Shown here: piece after piece, positions 10,883 to 22,304 of the stretch
Layout of the letters: every line of letters begins with the position of its first letter
Numbering within the stretch: position 1 is the first letter of the stretch
NCBI GenBank assembly: GCA_963765895.1
Contig: CAVXZB010000084.1
Span: 480,001 to 544,000 of the forward strand
Direction: 5' to 3'
Length of the DNA: 64,000 nucleotides
Origin: an uncultured Nitrososphaeraceae archaeon
Lineage (GTDB): Archaea; Thermoproteota; Nitrososphaeria; Nitrososphaerales; Nitrososphaeraceae
Position numbers and translations under genes: made by a program
The notes under the pieces: model-generated
What the model saw: only the letters and a program-made list of their open reading frames with translations
The model's database searches: none
What the model was told of the DNA's origin: nothing

Positions 10883-11175
10883 GCCTGACATATTTAATTG
10901 AGGACACTATATACTCTGTTGCTTAGAGCCTTTTAGGAGTAACTGTATCTTTCTACCATTCGCGTGCATTATCTCCTTTAGAATTATTGGAAAATAAGAT
11001 AATTATATCACACTGTGACAGCAGACCCTCGTTAATGTCGTTTGTTTCCGGGAACAATGGGAAACAAATACACCATAACAAGGTATCACAGTGTGACATA
11101 TTTTTATTATCTAAATTATATATAATACTTCGGATTAGCTTTGCAGTTACTATGTTAATATGCCTTCGACATTGA

Positions 11176-11272
11176 CTATTTCTCCTCTATCCTAATATTC
11201 TTAAATGAAACATGAGAATCTGTACCATGATTTTGAATCCCAATATATCCTTCAGTACTCCTATTGCCCACC
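11176..11272 (-). pseudogene. C-terminal remnant of a DUF1080 (3-keto-disaccharide hydrolase-like) protein
   Basis: Manual translation STEGYIGIQNHGTDSHVSFKNIRIEEK*. Confidence 0.6.
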
Positions 11273-11562
11273 TATCTTGAAAGAAGTATTTTCTAGTACA
11301 GATATGCAGCGCGCCAGATTATAAACATTCTGCAAAGTGGGAGATTTGATGCATATAGTTTAAGTTGCTGTGTATCAATGTGCATTTCTAATATGAGTTG
11401 AGCCAAATTACATGTTGAATAAACGAGAATTGTTTAGAGTAATTCTAATACTGTGTCGAATCCTGGAAGATAACACCTATTAATTACGGGTTAGCATGAA
11501 TTTATAGTGAGGATACTTCTTTTCGTTTATCTGTAATACTAATACCACCAGGTTGAAATGTT

Positions 11563-12300
11563 ATGACTACTAATACCCCCAACAAACAAGTAGCCATTGT
11601 CACTGGTGCTTCGAGCGGTATAGGCCTGGGTATAACCCGAGCGTTGATGCAACACGGTTATCATGTGGTCGCCAACTCACGCAATATCAGCAAATCAAAA
11701 GATTTGAAACCCTCATCCGACCTTATTCTTGTGGACGGGAACATCGGCAAACTGGACTCTGCCATAAAAGTGGCCGATGCCGCCATCAAAAACTTTGACC
11801 GTATTGATCTCCTGGTCAACAACGCGGGCATATACATCACAAAGTCATTCACCGATTATACGCCGGCTGACTTTGAGTTGATGATTGGCACTAACGTTGC
11901 AGGTTACTTTTTCATCACGCAAAGAGTGGTCGCGCAAATGCGCAAACAGAAGTCCGGCCATATCGTGGGCATCTCAACGGTTTTGGTGGATCAGCCGTTG
12001 GCTGGTGAGACGATTTCGTTGCCTGTGATTACCAAGTCCACCATTCCGGCGTTTCACCGCGCATTGGCTATGGAATTCCTGGCTGACGGTATCCGGGCGA
12101 ATACAATTTCGCCTGGTGTTGTTGACACTTCGATGCACGCCAGCGACGACCACGAAATTCTAAAAAGACGCCACCCCTTTCCGCGATTGGTTCAAATTTC
12201 GGAAATCGTGGATGCACTGCTTTATTTGCAATCAGCACCCATGGTGAATGGCGAAAACATCCGCATTGATGGAGGGGCCCATGCTGGCGCCAAATGGTAA
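11563..12300 (+). CDS. SDR family oxidoreductase, GC-rich and bacterial-like
   Basis: TGASSGIG, DLLVNNAGI, NTISPGVVDT; canonical YxxxK appears degenerate (PVITK). Confidence 0.92.
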   Translation: MTTNTPNKQVAIVTGASSGIGLGITRALMQHGYHVVANSRNISKSKDLKPSSDLILVDGNIGKLDSAIKVADAAIKNFDRIDLLVNNAGIYITKSFTDYTPADFELMIGTNVAGYFFITQRVVAQMRKQKSGHIVGISTVLVDQPLAGETISLPVITKSTIPAFHRALAMEFLADGIRANTISPGVVDTSMHASDDHEILKRRHPFPRLVQISEIVDALLYLQSAPMVNGENIRIDGGAHAGAKW

Positions 12301-12451
12301 TCAGCGTAGTGAGAAGAGGTCCTCGAAGTGGGAAGTTAGGTGCTGCTTTTAATTACCGAGGAGGACATCGTTAGTATTATATTACTCAGATTAATCGTAA
12401 AACGCACTAAATCATTCATAACATTATAGGCATATAGATACTATCTAGACT

Positions 12452-12844
12452 ATGTTGGTTATGGAGGATCAGCAAATTCAAGCTGCACTAGATCAACACT
12501 GGGCCGCCTCAGCGGCTGGTGATCTAGAAAGGGAACACGACATCTACGATGATCACGTCGTTGTAGATTACCCTCAATCTAGGGAGCGTATAGTCAGCAG
12601 GCGAAATATACAAGCTCTTCGCGGACATCACCCGTCTAAGCCAGCTGGATTCACGATCAGGAGAATAATTGGTAATGGAGACCTATGGATCACCGAGTAT
12701 GTGATCATCTATGACGGACGACCTATCCCAACAGTAAGCATAATGGAGTTCCGTGACGGGAAGGTCATCCACGAGACACAATACTTTGCTGAACCATTTG
12801 AGCCTCCGGCTTGGCGTGCTCAATGGGTCGAAAGAATGATCTGA
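12452..12844 (+). CDS. SnoaL-like / NTF2 family protein
   Basis: HWAAS..EHDIY..VVDYPQSRERI..WITEYVIIYDG..VSIMEFRDGKVIHETQYF. Confidence 0.9.
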   Translation: MLVMEDQQIQAALDQHWAASAAGDLEREHDIYDDHVVVDYPQSRERIVSRRNIQALRGHHPSKPAGFTIRRIIGNGDLWITEYVIIYDGRPIPTVSIMEFRDGKVIHETQYFAEPFEPPAWRAQWVERMI

Positions 12845-13053
12845 GCTTGCGGATTGAGCAGGTTGGCGTCCCACTAATTCTCCGAAACTGCTATTTACAT
12901 GACTTACTGACTTACTGAGGATCTTTAGAAGAGAATTGAATTGCCTATTACTATTTGAAATTCGATAGGTTTACTACAGAATCGTAGTAAAGCCAGAGCT
13001 CCCTACCTACAGTTCTACAGCTTATAGAAATTAATGCCAATAGAATGTCATGA

Positions 13054-13275
13054 TTGTCAAAGCAACAGCAAAAAGAAAAAGAACTAACGATAGACGAAGT
13101 CAAGAAAATGATCTGCAAACAAATTGAAAAGAGACAGAAACAAGTCGGCCCAGCTAAACATAACATGCGAATAATAGAAAACAACATGACAGAACTAGAA
13201 ACAATGCAGTTCATACTTAGTATGATAACTGATGAAGAGCGATTAAGGGAGCGAGACAAACCAACCAACAAATGA
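13054..13275 (+). CDS. Small hypothetical coiled-coil protein
   Basis: 73-aa ORF; a degraded paralog lies at about 9330-9450 (-). Confidence 0.55.
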   Translation: MSKQQQKEKELTIDEVKKMICKQIEKRQKQVGPAKHNMRIIENNMTELETMQFILSMITDEERLRERDKPTNK

Positions 13276-13433
13276 TATGCCAAATCTTGAAACCATGAGC
13301 TGTCTCTAACTTCTACTGCATAGGATTGGCCCACAGCACACAATGGGAGGATGAGCCATGGCCGGTGGTCACAGAGGTCGCCCAGCAAGCGGTAACAGAA
13401 ATGACTAAATCCAGGTGAGCGGAAGGAAAATTC

Positions 13434-13742
13434 ATGGAATACCTGACCGATATGGTCACCACAGTTCCCGAGGGAACTAGCCCCGCCAAAGTAGATGAAA
13501 TGCGGGCGGCAGTGCGAGCCGCTGAGCTCGCCAAAGCAGGCCATTTGGTCCGGCTCTGGCGCCCCCACTTGGTCCAGACGAATGGCGCAGCATTGGGCTG
13601 TTCTGTGCCGCAGACGAGGCAGAGCTTCGAAGTCCTCTACTCGTTACCTCTTCATATTTGGATGAAGGTCACTATTACTCCGCTGAGTTCACATCCCAAT
13701 GATCCAGAATCTCGCGCCCGTCAGGCCATGGAACATTCATAG
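13434..13742 (+). pseudogene. Muconolactone delta-isomerase (CatC-like), internally frameshifted
   Basis: MEYLTDM..VPEG..RAAELAKAGHLVRLWRP and LPLHIWMKVTITPLSSHPNDP; the middle WRSIGLF.AADEAEL lies in another frame. Confidence 0.8.
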
Positions 13743-13919
13743 ACCTAGCGGCATTACTGAAACTAAACCAATTACGACAAATACTGGACATCAGTGTAAT
13801 GTCGTCTTCTCATCTAAACTGTATAGACACAATAAGTGATGGCTAAACCAAAACATGCACAGTAACTAATACTAAGACCGGTAACGAATCGCTCACTTAC
13901 CCGGCCGAATTTAACAAAT

Positions 13920-14240
13920 TCCTGATCGTACAGCAACTGAGCTATCGAAATCGAATTTTAGTAAGATCGTAAGCCGGCGAACACATCAAGAAATATTGTT
14001 TATACAGGCCTGACTAACTCTAATGAGCCTATGTAAATGAATTAGACGGGCAAAATGCCGGCGATATTTATCGTGTCTAGCTACGCCATAGACTTTACAT
14101 CATAGTAGGTCGACGTAAAGATGTAAATCTGAATCACGCAGTTTCTGGATTCTCTGCTGGGATAACATCCATTTGCGAATATTAGAGCACTACGCCTATA
14201 CACTTTAGCATAATGCGACCAGTCTTCGTAGGTTTCATAT
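13920..14240 (-). repeat. Dispersed repeat family, copy R1 (3' half of the Zn-ribbon ORF plus segment B)
   Basis: Reverse complement aligns with 48085-48430, e.g. CAGCAGAGAATCCAGAAACTGCG..CAGATTTACA. Confidence 0.85.
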
Positions 14241-14289
14241 ACTTATTATTCAGTTTATGCGACAAAATTCGTTTCGCGTCTAATCACGC

Positions 14290-15277
14290 TTAAGATACAA
14301 ATGTGTCCTTCATTTTTTGCACTAATGGCAAATAATCATTGAATCTTTCTATTGATGCAGAGTAGTCAATGAAATAACCGGTATCTTTTCCTATTAACGT
14401 TCCGAACTCCATTACCTTTCTTAGTCCATAGATTGGATTCACGTAGGTCCAAACTAGTTTATATGCTGGGGACCCCGAAAGTATATATTTATTATTATTT
14501 ATGTCATCTAGGCTGGTCGCTTATAATTTTGAGATTAGGAAAATTGGTGAGGTTTTTAGATTTAACTGCTAAGTAAAGGTAGTCTTTCAAAGATATCGGA
14601 GAATGACCGATCCGCTTGGACAAATTACTATTGGTGCCTATGTAGAATATTGGTAGCCCACTTGATAATCTTGGCACATAGAAGGAAGCAATAACCTTTG
14701 ACTTAAAATGATCTGGCTTATGTTGTTGCAGATTAGAATTGTTTTCAATTCGTATACTCCAATTGGATGGATACTGAACCGAGGCTCCGTAGCGGTCGTT
14801 ATGATATATCAAGAAAGTTCCCGTAGGAATTGCAGCAAGGGTTGCGTCATTTAGAGTAATATTGGGGATTGAAAGTAGATGCAACAGGTCCCGGCCAACT
14901 TGGTCCTCAAGCGCGTTGAAATCTGCTATGATTAAATTATTATTATTATTATTGGTTGCAGAAGCATAATGTGATTTATTTTCGTCTGACAATGAATTTA
15001 ATGTATTTATAAGGGTTGATCCTAAAGCTCGTGCATTAACAATGTTTCTGTCATTCATTTTAGCAAATATCAGCAATTCATCATAGGCAGCATGTAAATG
15101 CAAAATAGAATCAGCACTCTTGTTATTTTGAAACGACTGAATAGCTTGATCTATAAGGATTTTTATTAAGATGGAATTGTCATTCTTGTCATTTTGTGCA
15201 GATATATGGTTAATACCAAATAGAATCAAAGTTAATGTAATCAGGCAAGGTAGTAGAATGAATAATAGTCTGAACAA
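14290..15277 (-). pseudogene. Exported PsbP-like domain protein, one frameshift near 14510
   Basis: Signal peptide; YHNDRYGASVQYPSNW; continues in another frame as LSGSPAYKLVWTY..GYFIDYSASIERFNDYLPLVQKMKDTF*. Confidence 0.75.
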
Positions 15278-16351
15278 AGTACAGACATATTTGGTAACTA
15301 ATGGTTATACTCAAGCGGCAATATTTCTTTATAGATTTCTAATGTACATCAAACCCTGTTAGGTTAAGCTCTCTCGCCTCACAGAGCATACGATCCGCAA
15401 TTCAATTATATTTCGCCCGGCGATTACATAATACATTACATATGTATCAACTTAGGATATGGCTGATCCTTCATTCTGTGACATGGGTGGCACAATAGCT
15501 GCATATTTCTGACTATTGACTTCCCATATAGTGCTCGCGGGACAATATGATCGACGCTAAGTTCGCTATCAAGAAAATTGTAGAACCTACGTCCTTCCAA
15601 CTTATGTTTTACTTGGTAAGTGAAAATATAATATCTTTATCACTATAGTTTACTTTAGATCGCCTGCAAATCTCACGGCCGATATCCTTTCTGTACACAG
15701 ATGACAAACCAGGCGTGAATATAATATGATTAGCAAGATTTACTTTACATAATTGCATAAAGCCTCATAAGAGTCGATATATTTTCTGTCCCTACTGTCC
15801 CTAACTAGTAGTCATGATCTATCCCTGAAATGACTAACTAACATTGTATTAAATTATAGAGATATAGTAAAAAGGTAAGTATAGGTAGAGTAGATAGTGA
15901 TATCGAACTAGGGACTAGATAAGAAATTTCTGGAGAAGTGGATCCTGACTAACAATTATGCTGGGATTATTCGAAGTCATGCGACTGAAGGTTTAATTTG
16001 AACGAAGTAAATCATTGACATCAGTCTTGGTATGTTCATTGCGACAGTAACATATTTAGATAAAGTGGATCTTTGGGTTTCGTTATCTAATCTGACGGTG
16101 AATTTTTCATTGTCTATGCCATCATTGCTGTTTCAGCCGTATATTATGTGATATAGTATGCAACTAATGGCCATATTCTCCGTCCATCTGACATTTCTAA
16201 CAATAATAGCCTGGGTTATAATGATGTTCTGAAGGTTCGGACATAGCGGAGGTTAGTTTATCTACTTGAGAAATGATAGTGCTAATAACATCAAATTTGT
16301 ACTACTATTCCTTGACCGTTTCAAATAAACTCAGCGTATTACATAGAAAAA

Positions 16352-16687
16352 TTATATTAGGGATTTTTCATTACTAGGTTCTCTTAGTGAATGCAGCATG
16401 TACAACATCTTCTGTAAATATCTGTCGTTATTAGACATTGAAACTTTTAATTTACCTTGGTAGTATTCAATAAGATGATCAAGAAAGCAGTTCGTTTTTT
16501 CTCTATCCTCTGATATATTAGAGAGTATCATAGCAAACCAGTACTCTATTAAGGCATCTTTTCCGTACCGACTTTCTAATTCAACAAGGAAAACAAAATT
16601 AGAATGACATCGTCTACATAGGCCATAATGTGTATTTAAGTATGAACTTTCTTCATTTCTAACAATGTGCCCACATTTTGCCTTCAT
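16352..16687 (-). CDS. Hypothetical protein with N-terminal Cys/His zinc-binding motif
   Basis: KCGH..GLCRRCH; 111 aa. Confidence 0.7.
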   Translation of the reverse strand: MKAKCGHIVRNEESSYLNTHYGLCRRCHSNFVFLVELESRYGKDALIEYWFAMILSNISEDREKTNCFLDHLIEYYQGKLKVSMSNNDRYLQKMLYMLHSLREPSNEKSLI

Positions 16688-16975
16688 TTTGATACTATCC
16701 TTATTATAAGATATTACTTAGGTCTTAAAAAGTATAAGAGTTAATATTTACTTATATTGTTTAACATTAAATATAAGTTTTATAATTAGAAATAGTATAT
16801 TTCAAACCGCTATTCAAAGATGAGTATTAAATAATAAATTTATACTATTTACTTGACAAACATAATTATACTAAATCATGAATTGAAGAGACTTGACTGT
16901 AAATTTTATATTATCAAAATCAAATAAGGAAAAATACTGCCATAGGAAGAGTGACACTTTAAACTGATATTGTAA

Positions 16976-18557
16976 CTATGAATGATTCTTTATCCAATCT
17001 CCTACCTTTGGCCATAGTTCTTTATGAGCCTTTTTTCCTATCATTAGGCCTACGTGCCCAGAATTAAACTCGAATAGATCTTTATCATGACTTTCTGTTA
17101 ATACATCGTTAAGAGCCTTACTAGAATTAGGTTCCACCAAATCATCATGTTTGGCTATAATGTTAAGAAATGGCATACTAATTTTCTTTAGATTGACAAC
17201 TAGATCTTTAGTAGTATTTGCGTTAGTATTATTATCTCGATTTACTCCTATTTCTCCTCCTTCTATACTCATTTTACTTTTGATAAGTAAATTTTGCTTA
17301 TAACAATACTCTACAAATTCTCTATAGATTTCACCAATTACAGGTGGACTATCATATAACCAGGTTTCTGTTGCAAGGAATTCTATTATTGATTCTATAT
17401 CATGGGGTTGCTCAAAGAAATGGAAATACTTATGGCTATACTCTATAGGTCTTCTAAGGTTAAAAGCAGAATTTAGTAGTATGCCAGGTACATTCCAAAC
17501 GCATCTAAAATATGATCTTCATTTATTGATTTTGTCCATACAGAAAGTAACGAATTATCAAGATCAAAATCTCCGGGCGTAGCGATAGTTATTAGATTTT
17601 TCACCTTTTCAGGATGTAAAGCAGAGTACATGAGCGCAAGATCACCTCCCCAACAATAACCAAGTAATGATATTTTGTCAGATTTTGTAACCTTTCTTAT
17701 AAGGTCCACAGAACTGTCTATGTATTTATTTACAAAATGGCCTATAGTTAAAGTTCTATCATATGCTGATGGTGTTCCCCAATCTGTAGCAAACATATCC
17801 AGCCCCTGGTAAAGTAAGCTCCGTACTACACTCACTTCAGGTAGGAGATCTAGGATATAATGTCTGTTTATGAATGCATAGATTACAAGCACAGGAGGAG
17901 GCTTATTTTTCTTCTTCTTCTTCTTCTTCTCATAATGCTGTCTTTGTACCTACTCTTTTTCATTTCATACTTAGAGAGACCTGATTTATCATCATAATGA
18001 AATAGTGAATATTTTTCTAATTCGCAAATTTTCTGCGAAGGTGTACGGTATAGCATGTCTCTGGCTGGTTCAACAAAATCATTATTCCATACGGAAGAAT
18101 TGTTTGATATATATTGATACATCTTCCCCAGGCCAGTTATTTTGACTAACTTTGAATTGTTAGCAATAGTATCTGAAAGGACCTTGATGAATTCTTCTTC
18201 TCTAAACCTTGCATCAAATATCTTACCAAATTTACTTCTTAACATACTATCCAGTTCGGGCAGGTTCTTCCAAGTCCTATTATATTCAGAAAGTGTATCA
18301 AGGTATGTCAAATAGGCTTCTGCAAAAAAGTTGAATAGCTTTGTATTAAACTGCAACGAGCTTGAATAAGCTCGGGTAAGAGCATCAAAGCCATTCATAA
18401 TGGAATTATAGTAATAAAATGGGAAAAGGCCGATAACATTATTGCTATACTTGTTTGTTTCCGAATTAGTACTAGGCAATTGTACCCTATAATAGCCTCT
18501 TCTATAACCTATTTTAAAGTTCATATATCCAATATTAACAAATAAAAAGGAAAGCAA
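16976..18557 (-). pseudogene. phaC: Class III polyhydroxyalkanoate synthase PhaC with N-terminal extension, split by two frameshifts
   Basis: RTPSQKICELEKYSLFHY / PPVLVIYAFINRHYILDL..DWG..LLGYCWGG (catalytic Cys) / NVPG..HDDLV (Asp)..SGHVGL (His); shifts near 17930 and 17490. Confidence 0.88.
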
Positions 18558-18599
18558 TAGTTTAAACTATCCAAGAAAATAAATTGTTATAAATTCATG

Positions 18600-18828
18600 A
18601 TGCCATATTCAAATGTAACATACCATGCAGGACCGGCATCCTTACCCATGATCTAAATCATACATCAACCATGGTGTGTGTCCCTGTATCCTTGAGCAAA
18701 AAATGACCTACACTAGATGCACAAACAGGTGAATCTAGTATATCGCAAGTAGTAAAGTCAGCTGGCTTTAAGCGCTTTAGACGATCAGCTCAGACTTCTT
18801 AATATAGTATATGAGGCAAAATCCTGAA
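18600..18828 (+). pseudogene. C-terminal remnant of a SAM-dependent methyltransferase (Rv2258c-like)
   Basis: STMVCVPVSL..LDAQTGE..VVKSAGFKRFRRSAQT..NIVYEAK. Confidence 0.65.
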
Positions 18829-19387
18829 TGAGTTAGTGATTAAAAGTCCTTACCAAGCTGAATAACTCCATCCAGAGCAGCCAATGTGATAGTGCAAATG
18901 TGATGACACGTACTAAAACATTATAGTTTTGGATAAAGATTGTGAAGCTTTTATACTTGATAGTTGGCAGGTCGTGTATGTGTAGTTGATAGGCGGCTAA
19001 GTTATCGGTCTAATATCTCTCTTGCTAGGACTCGGAAATACAAACTAATCTTGCCAGCGATTGTCATTGGAGCCGTTACTGTTTCATAATATCCAAGGCC
19101 ATAGCTTCCTGCTACCAACATCGCATAACGTCAAAACACTGATTAAATCATACGAAATCAAATATTGATAGTAATAGTCATCTCTATAATGCATTTAGAA
19201 TTTAATATTGAGTGCTTTATGACCTCTGTTACTAAGATCCGATTTTTGTCGTGCATTTCGACATCAAAGTTTTGTCATCATGAAGACAGTAGCAGTGAGT
19301 GAGTAACTGACCAAATAAGACCAAACCTCTAAAGTGCAGTTAACTCAATACTCCTTGATAGTGTAGAAATAAAAAATAAGGCTTATG

Positions 19388-19564
19388 TCAAGAATTACGA
19401 ATAGTTGCCTTAAGATTAGTTTGCATTTGAGTCATATCTTGTTGTGTTTTTCCGTGTTCTTTCATTCCATGTTCGGCTGCATCTCTAATAACTTCTTCCT
19501 CAGTTTCTCCTTTAGCAACGTAATCGCAGTCGCATCCTGCATCACGACAAGACAGTGTCTTCAT
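19388..19564 (-). CDS. DUF1059 small metal-binding protein (58 aa, below the ORF-track cut-off)
   Basis: MKTLSCRDAGCDCDYVAKGETEEEVIRDAAEHGMKEHG.. Confidence 0.9.
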   Translation of the reverse strand: MKTLSCRDAGCDCDYVAKGETEEEVIRDAAEHGMKEHGKTQQDMTQMQTNLKATIRNS

Positions 19565-19664
19565 ATCTAAATTAAGAGTATGGTCGATATTAAAACAATT
19601 CCTTTAGACTACACGTAATACATATTCTAGACATAAATCTACTGAGATTCATAGAAGCAGATCA

Positions 19665-20195
19665 TTGATCGGCACTGGGTACTGTAGACATGTTCTTCAC
19701 TATATTGTCAGGAAGCCGGCGAAATCCAGCGAGATAGTCTTATGCGATTCTGATAGAAGTATGCCAAATATTTCCTAGAACTACGTCACAAGAAGGAACT
19801 GATAAGGGAAGTGGAGTGTGTTAACACCTTGTTTTCTACCTAGCATTCGTGAGACAGAAATCGAGCAGCCAACTAAAGTTGGTCTACATGCTATCACCGG
19901 ATATAAGCAAAAACTTCCTATTTGTCAATGTTGAAAGGTATCGACGGATGGCAACCTATTCTTCGTAATTCAATCCGAGGGTTAGCCTAAATCGTAACGC
20001 TACCAGAAGAAATTTCAATATAATTTGTGGTAACACCTATAATAAAGATAATGTAGGTCACTTGAATATTGTATTCGATGCCCGCTGGCTTTGACCTAGA
20101 CTTCTGATGTTACAGCGGTCAGCTTACTAAAAACGAATCTAACAAGAGTATCCTAGTCGGCAAACAGATCACGAAATATTGAAGCCTCGTAAATC
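19665..20195 (-). repeat. Dispersed repeat family, copy R2 (segments D, C, B)
   Basis: GTGGAGTGTGTTAACACCTTG and ATAAAGATAATGYAGGTCACTTGAA are shared, in reverse orientation, with 49455-49690, 51735-52185 and 52383-52780. Confidence 0.88.
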
Positions 20196-20282
20196 ATCTC
20201 GTAATGGTGGTCAATTACTAGATTCATGCATTAATCCAAAGTAATCAAGTCAAATAAATAACCAAACAAATAAAGGATTTGC

Positions 20283-20975
20283 CTACACTACATTGAAGGC
20301 TTTTTGTAACTTTGAATCGTAATTGTCTTTTTTGATTTCTAAATTGGTATTATAAATTCCATTACTTGATTGAGGTCCTATTTGTACAGTAAATGTCGCA
20401 TGTCCATCTTTATCCGTATATGCCGTTTGAGTAGTTGTTGTTGTTGTTTTGTCTATGGATGGATTGAAATTTGGTGGTTCTATGGTCAGTAGAACAAGTA
20501 CGTCAGAGATGGGTTGATCCGTATATTTATCTCTGACAGTTACACTCATGTAAGTTGTATCACCTACTTTTACGGGGTCTTTTATAATAGAATAGTCTAT
20601 GGTATACTGTTTTGAAGACTTGCAGTTAGCTATTCCACTAAACAGAGGTGCAAACTTTCCTCCAGCAATATTATCAACAGTATTACAAAAGCCCTTTCCA
20701 TCTGAGGATATACTATTTTTACCATCAAAGGCAGCTGCTTTTCCATTTCCAGAAGTATCAATATCCACATCAGCTCTGGCAGTTTGAATGATAGTAGGTA
20801 AGAGTGATAGTGGTGATGATGATGATATTGCGGGAAGTATTGAATAATTAGATAATAATACCGAAGGTGATGTCATAGTCAAGACTACAAGTAGACTAAT
20901 AATAAGCAGAAACTTGGGTTCTCTTTTCATATATCCCCTACCTTCTTTATTGTATACATGTCTATACATACTCAT
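20283..20975 (-). CDS. Exported protein with a C-terminal Ig-like beta-sandwich
   Basis: Hydrophobic signal segment; VTVRDKYTDQPISDV..TDKDGHATFTVQI..GIYN. Confidence 0.7.
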   Translation of the reverse strand: MSMYRHVYNKEGRGYMKREPKFLLIISLLVVLTMTSPSVLLSNYSILPAISSSSPLSLLPTIIQTARADVDIDTSGNGKAAAFDGKNSISSDGKGFCNTVDNIAGGKFAPLFSGIANCKSSKQYTIDYSIIKDPVKVGDTTYMSVTVRDKYTDQPISDVLVLLTIEPPNFNPSIDKTTTTTTQTAYTDKDGHATFTVQIGPQSSNGIYNTNLEIKKDNYDSKLQKAFNVV

Positions 20976-21061
20976 CTATCTCTTTAAAATTAGTTGATTT
21001 GAAAAAATGTGATTGGTGTCTTTCCATACCATTCCAAATCTTGCTCACAAACACTAATCAA

Positions 21062-21379
21062 TCATCTGCCACCAGCTGCTGCGGCTGCTCCTGCACTGCC
21101 ACCGGCTGCTGCCAGATGATGCTGCGCTATCGCCAGCTGCTGCGGCTGCTGCTGCACTGCCACCGGCTGCTGCAGATGATGCTGCGCTATCGCCAGCTGC
21201 TGCGGCGTGCTCGCGGCTGCGCCATGACTACCATGATGATGATTATTATGATGACCGTAGTTGTAGTGGTGATGGTTTCTGTGTGCGAACACGGACTGCT
21301 GTTCTGACATTGTTGTAGTAACTAGCAATAGAGCTATTGTCGCTATTGCTATTCCTGAGATAATATAACTTCGATTCAT
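21062..21379 (-). CDS. Small exported His-rich, Ala/Gly-rich protein with a 60-bp internal duplication
   Basis: Signal peptide ending SVFA; HRNHHHYNYGHHNNHHH; duplicated unit at about 21080-21205. Confidence 0.7.
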   Translation of the reverse strand: MNRSYIISGIAIATIALLLVTTTMSEQQSVFAHRNHHHYNYGHHNNHHHGSHGAAASTPQQLAIAQHHLQQPVAVQQQPQQLAIAQHHLAAAGGSAGAAAAAGGR

Positions 21380-22304
21380 ATCTATACAATGTATAATAGA
21401 TTCGAGTATACCAAGATTATGAACATATATTACAACTTCTTGATCTGTAATTATTTTCTATAAGATATTTGGTGCAATTTTTTCACTATATGAACTTGAT
21501 GAGCAATAATGTAATCGTACTTATAGCAGTAATCACAATGAGCCTCATCGTAATTATTCTAATCTACTCCAAAGCGTTATGTAAGGACTTTAGAGTATTT
21601 ATCTGTATACAAATAACGAATATGTCTTTAACTATCGATAGACTAACTTAGTTCATTGGAATCGCATACAAGTTAAAAAATATCGTTGCTATACTTATCT
21701 AGACAGGCAAATAATAACCATGTCTATGATGTTAGAATAGACCTGATATAACTAACCTGATTCATCAATCCGCCTGCCAAATAGTTGGTCTGGATAGACC
21801 TCATACTTCCGGCAGTTATGCCATATAGAATATCCATAGACAATCGGCCGGCCGTTATAGAATTCAGCAGTCTTAGGGGATGTGCTTCCTACCTATGACA
21901 TACACTGAATTCATTTAACGTCCGTGTGCATAACTAACTGTCAGTATACGTTATCTATATTATACATTATAGAATATATTAGTAAATTAATAGATATGTT
22001 ATTATCTATAATTATCTCTATTTTTCTTATGAAAGTGTCGTTAGGTTCAATCTCTGCAATAATGTTGATAGGAAGTTTAACGCCTCGACATCAATTGACA
22101 TATCCAATATCTTATGATCAATATACACTATTTATGATGCTTTTTGCCGGCAGGTCTGCCCCCATGAAGGTTCTCTATAAGAGATCATATCAGATCCGGC
22201 AAACTATCCAAGATCAGTATATGTGAGACAAGATGAGTAGTATGATATCTTAGCGACATTACTTGTAAAAAGACAAGACTATCATACGCTTTCAATTTTC
22301 CTCA

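Noticed and set aside
12951-13568. 205-aa - strand ORF
   Set aside because: Antisense to two better-supported + strand genes and crosses a compositional junction
17905-17932. (AAG)n tract as a phase-variation switch for phaC
   Set aside because: Trinucleotide slippage cannot change the frame, and a second frameshift lies downstream
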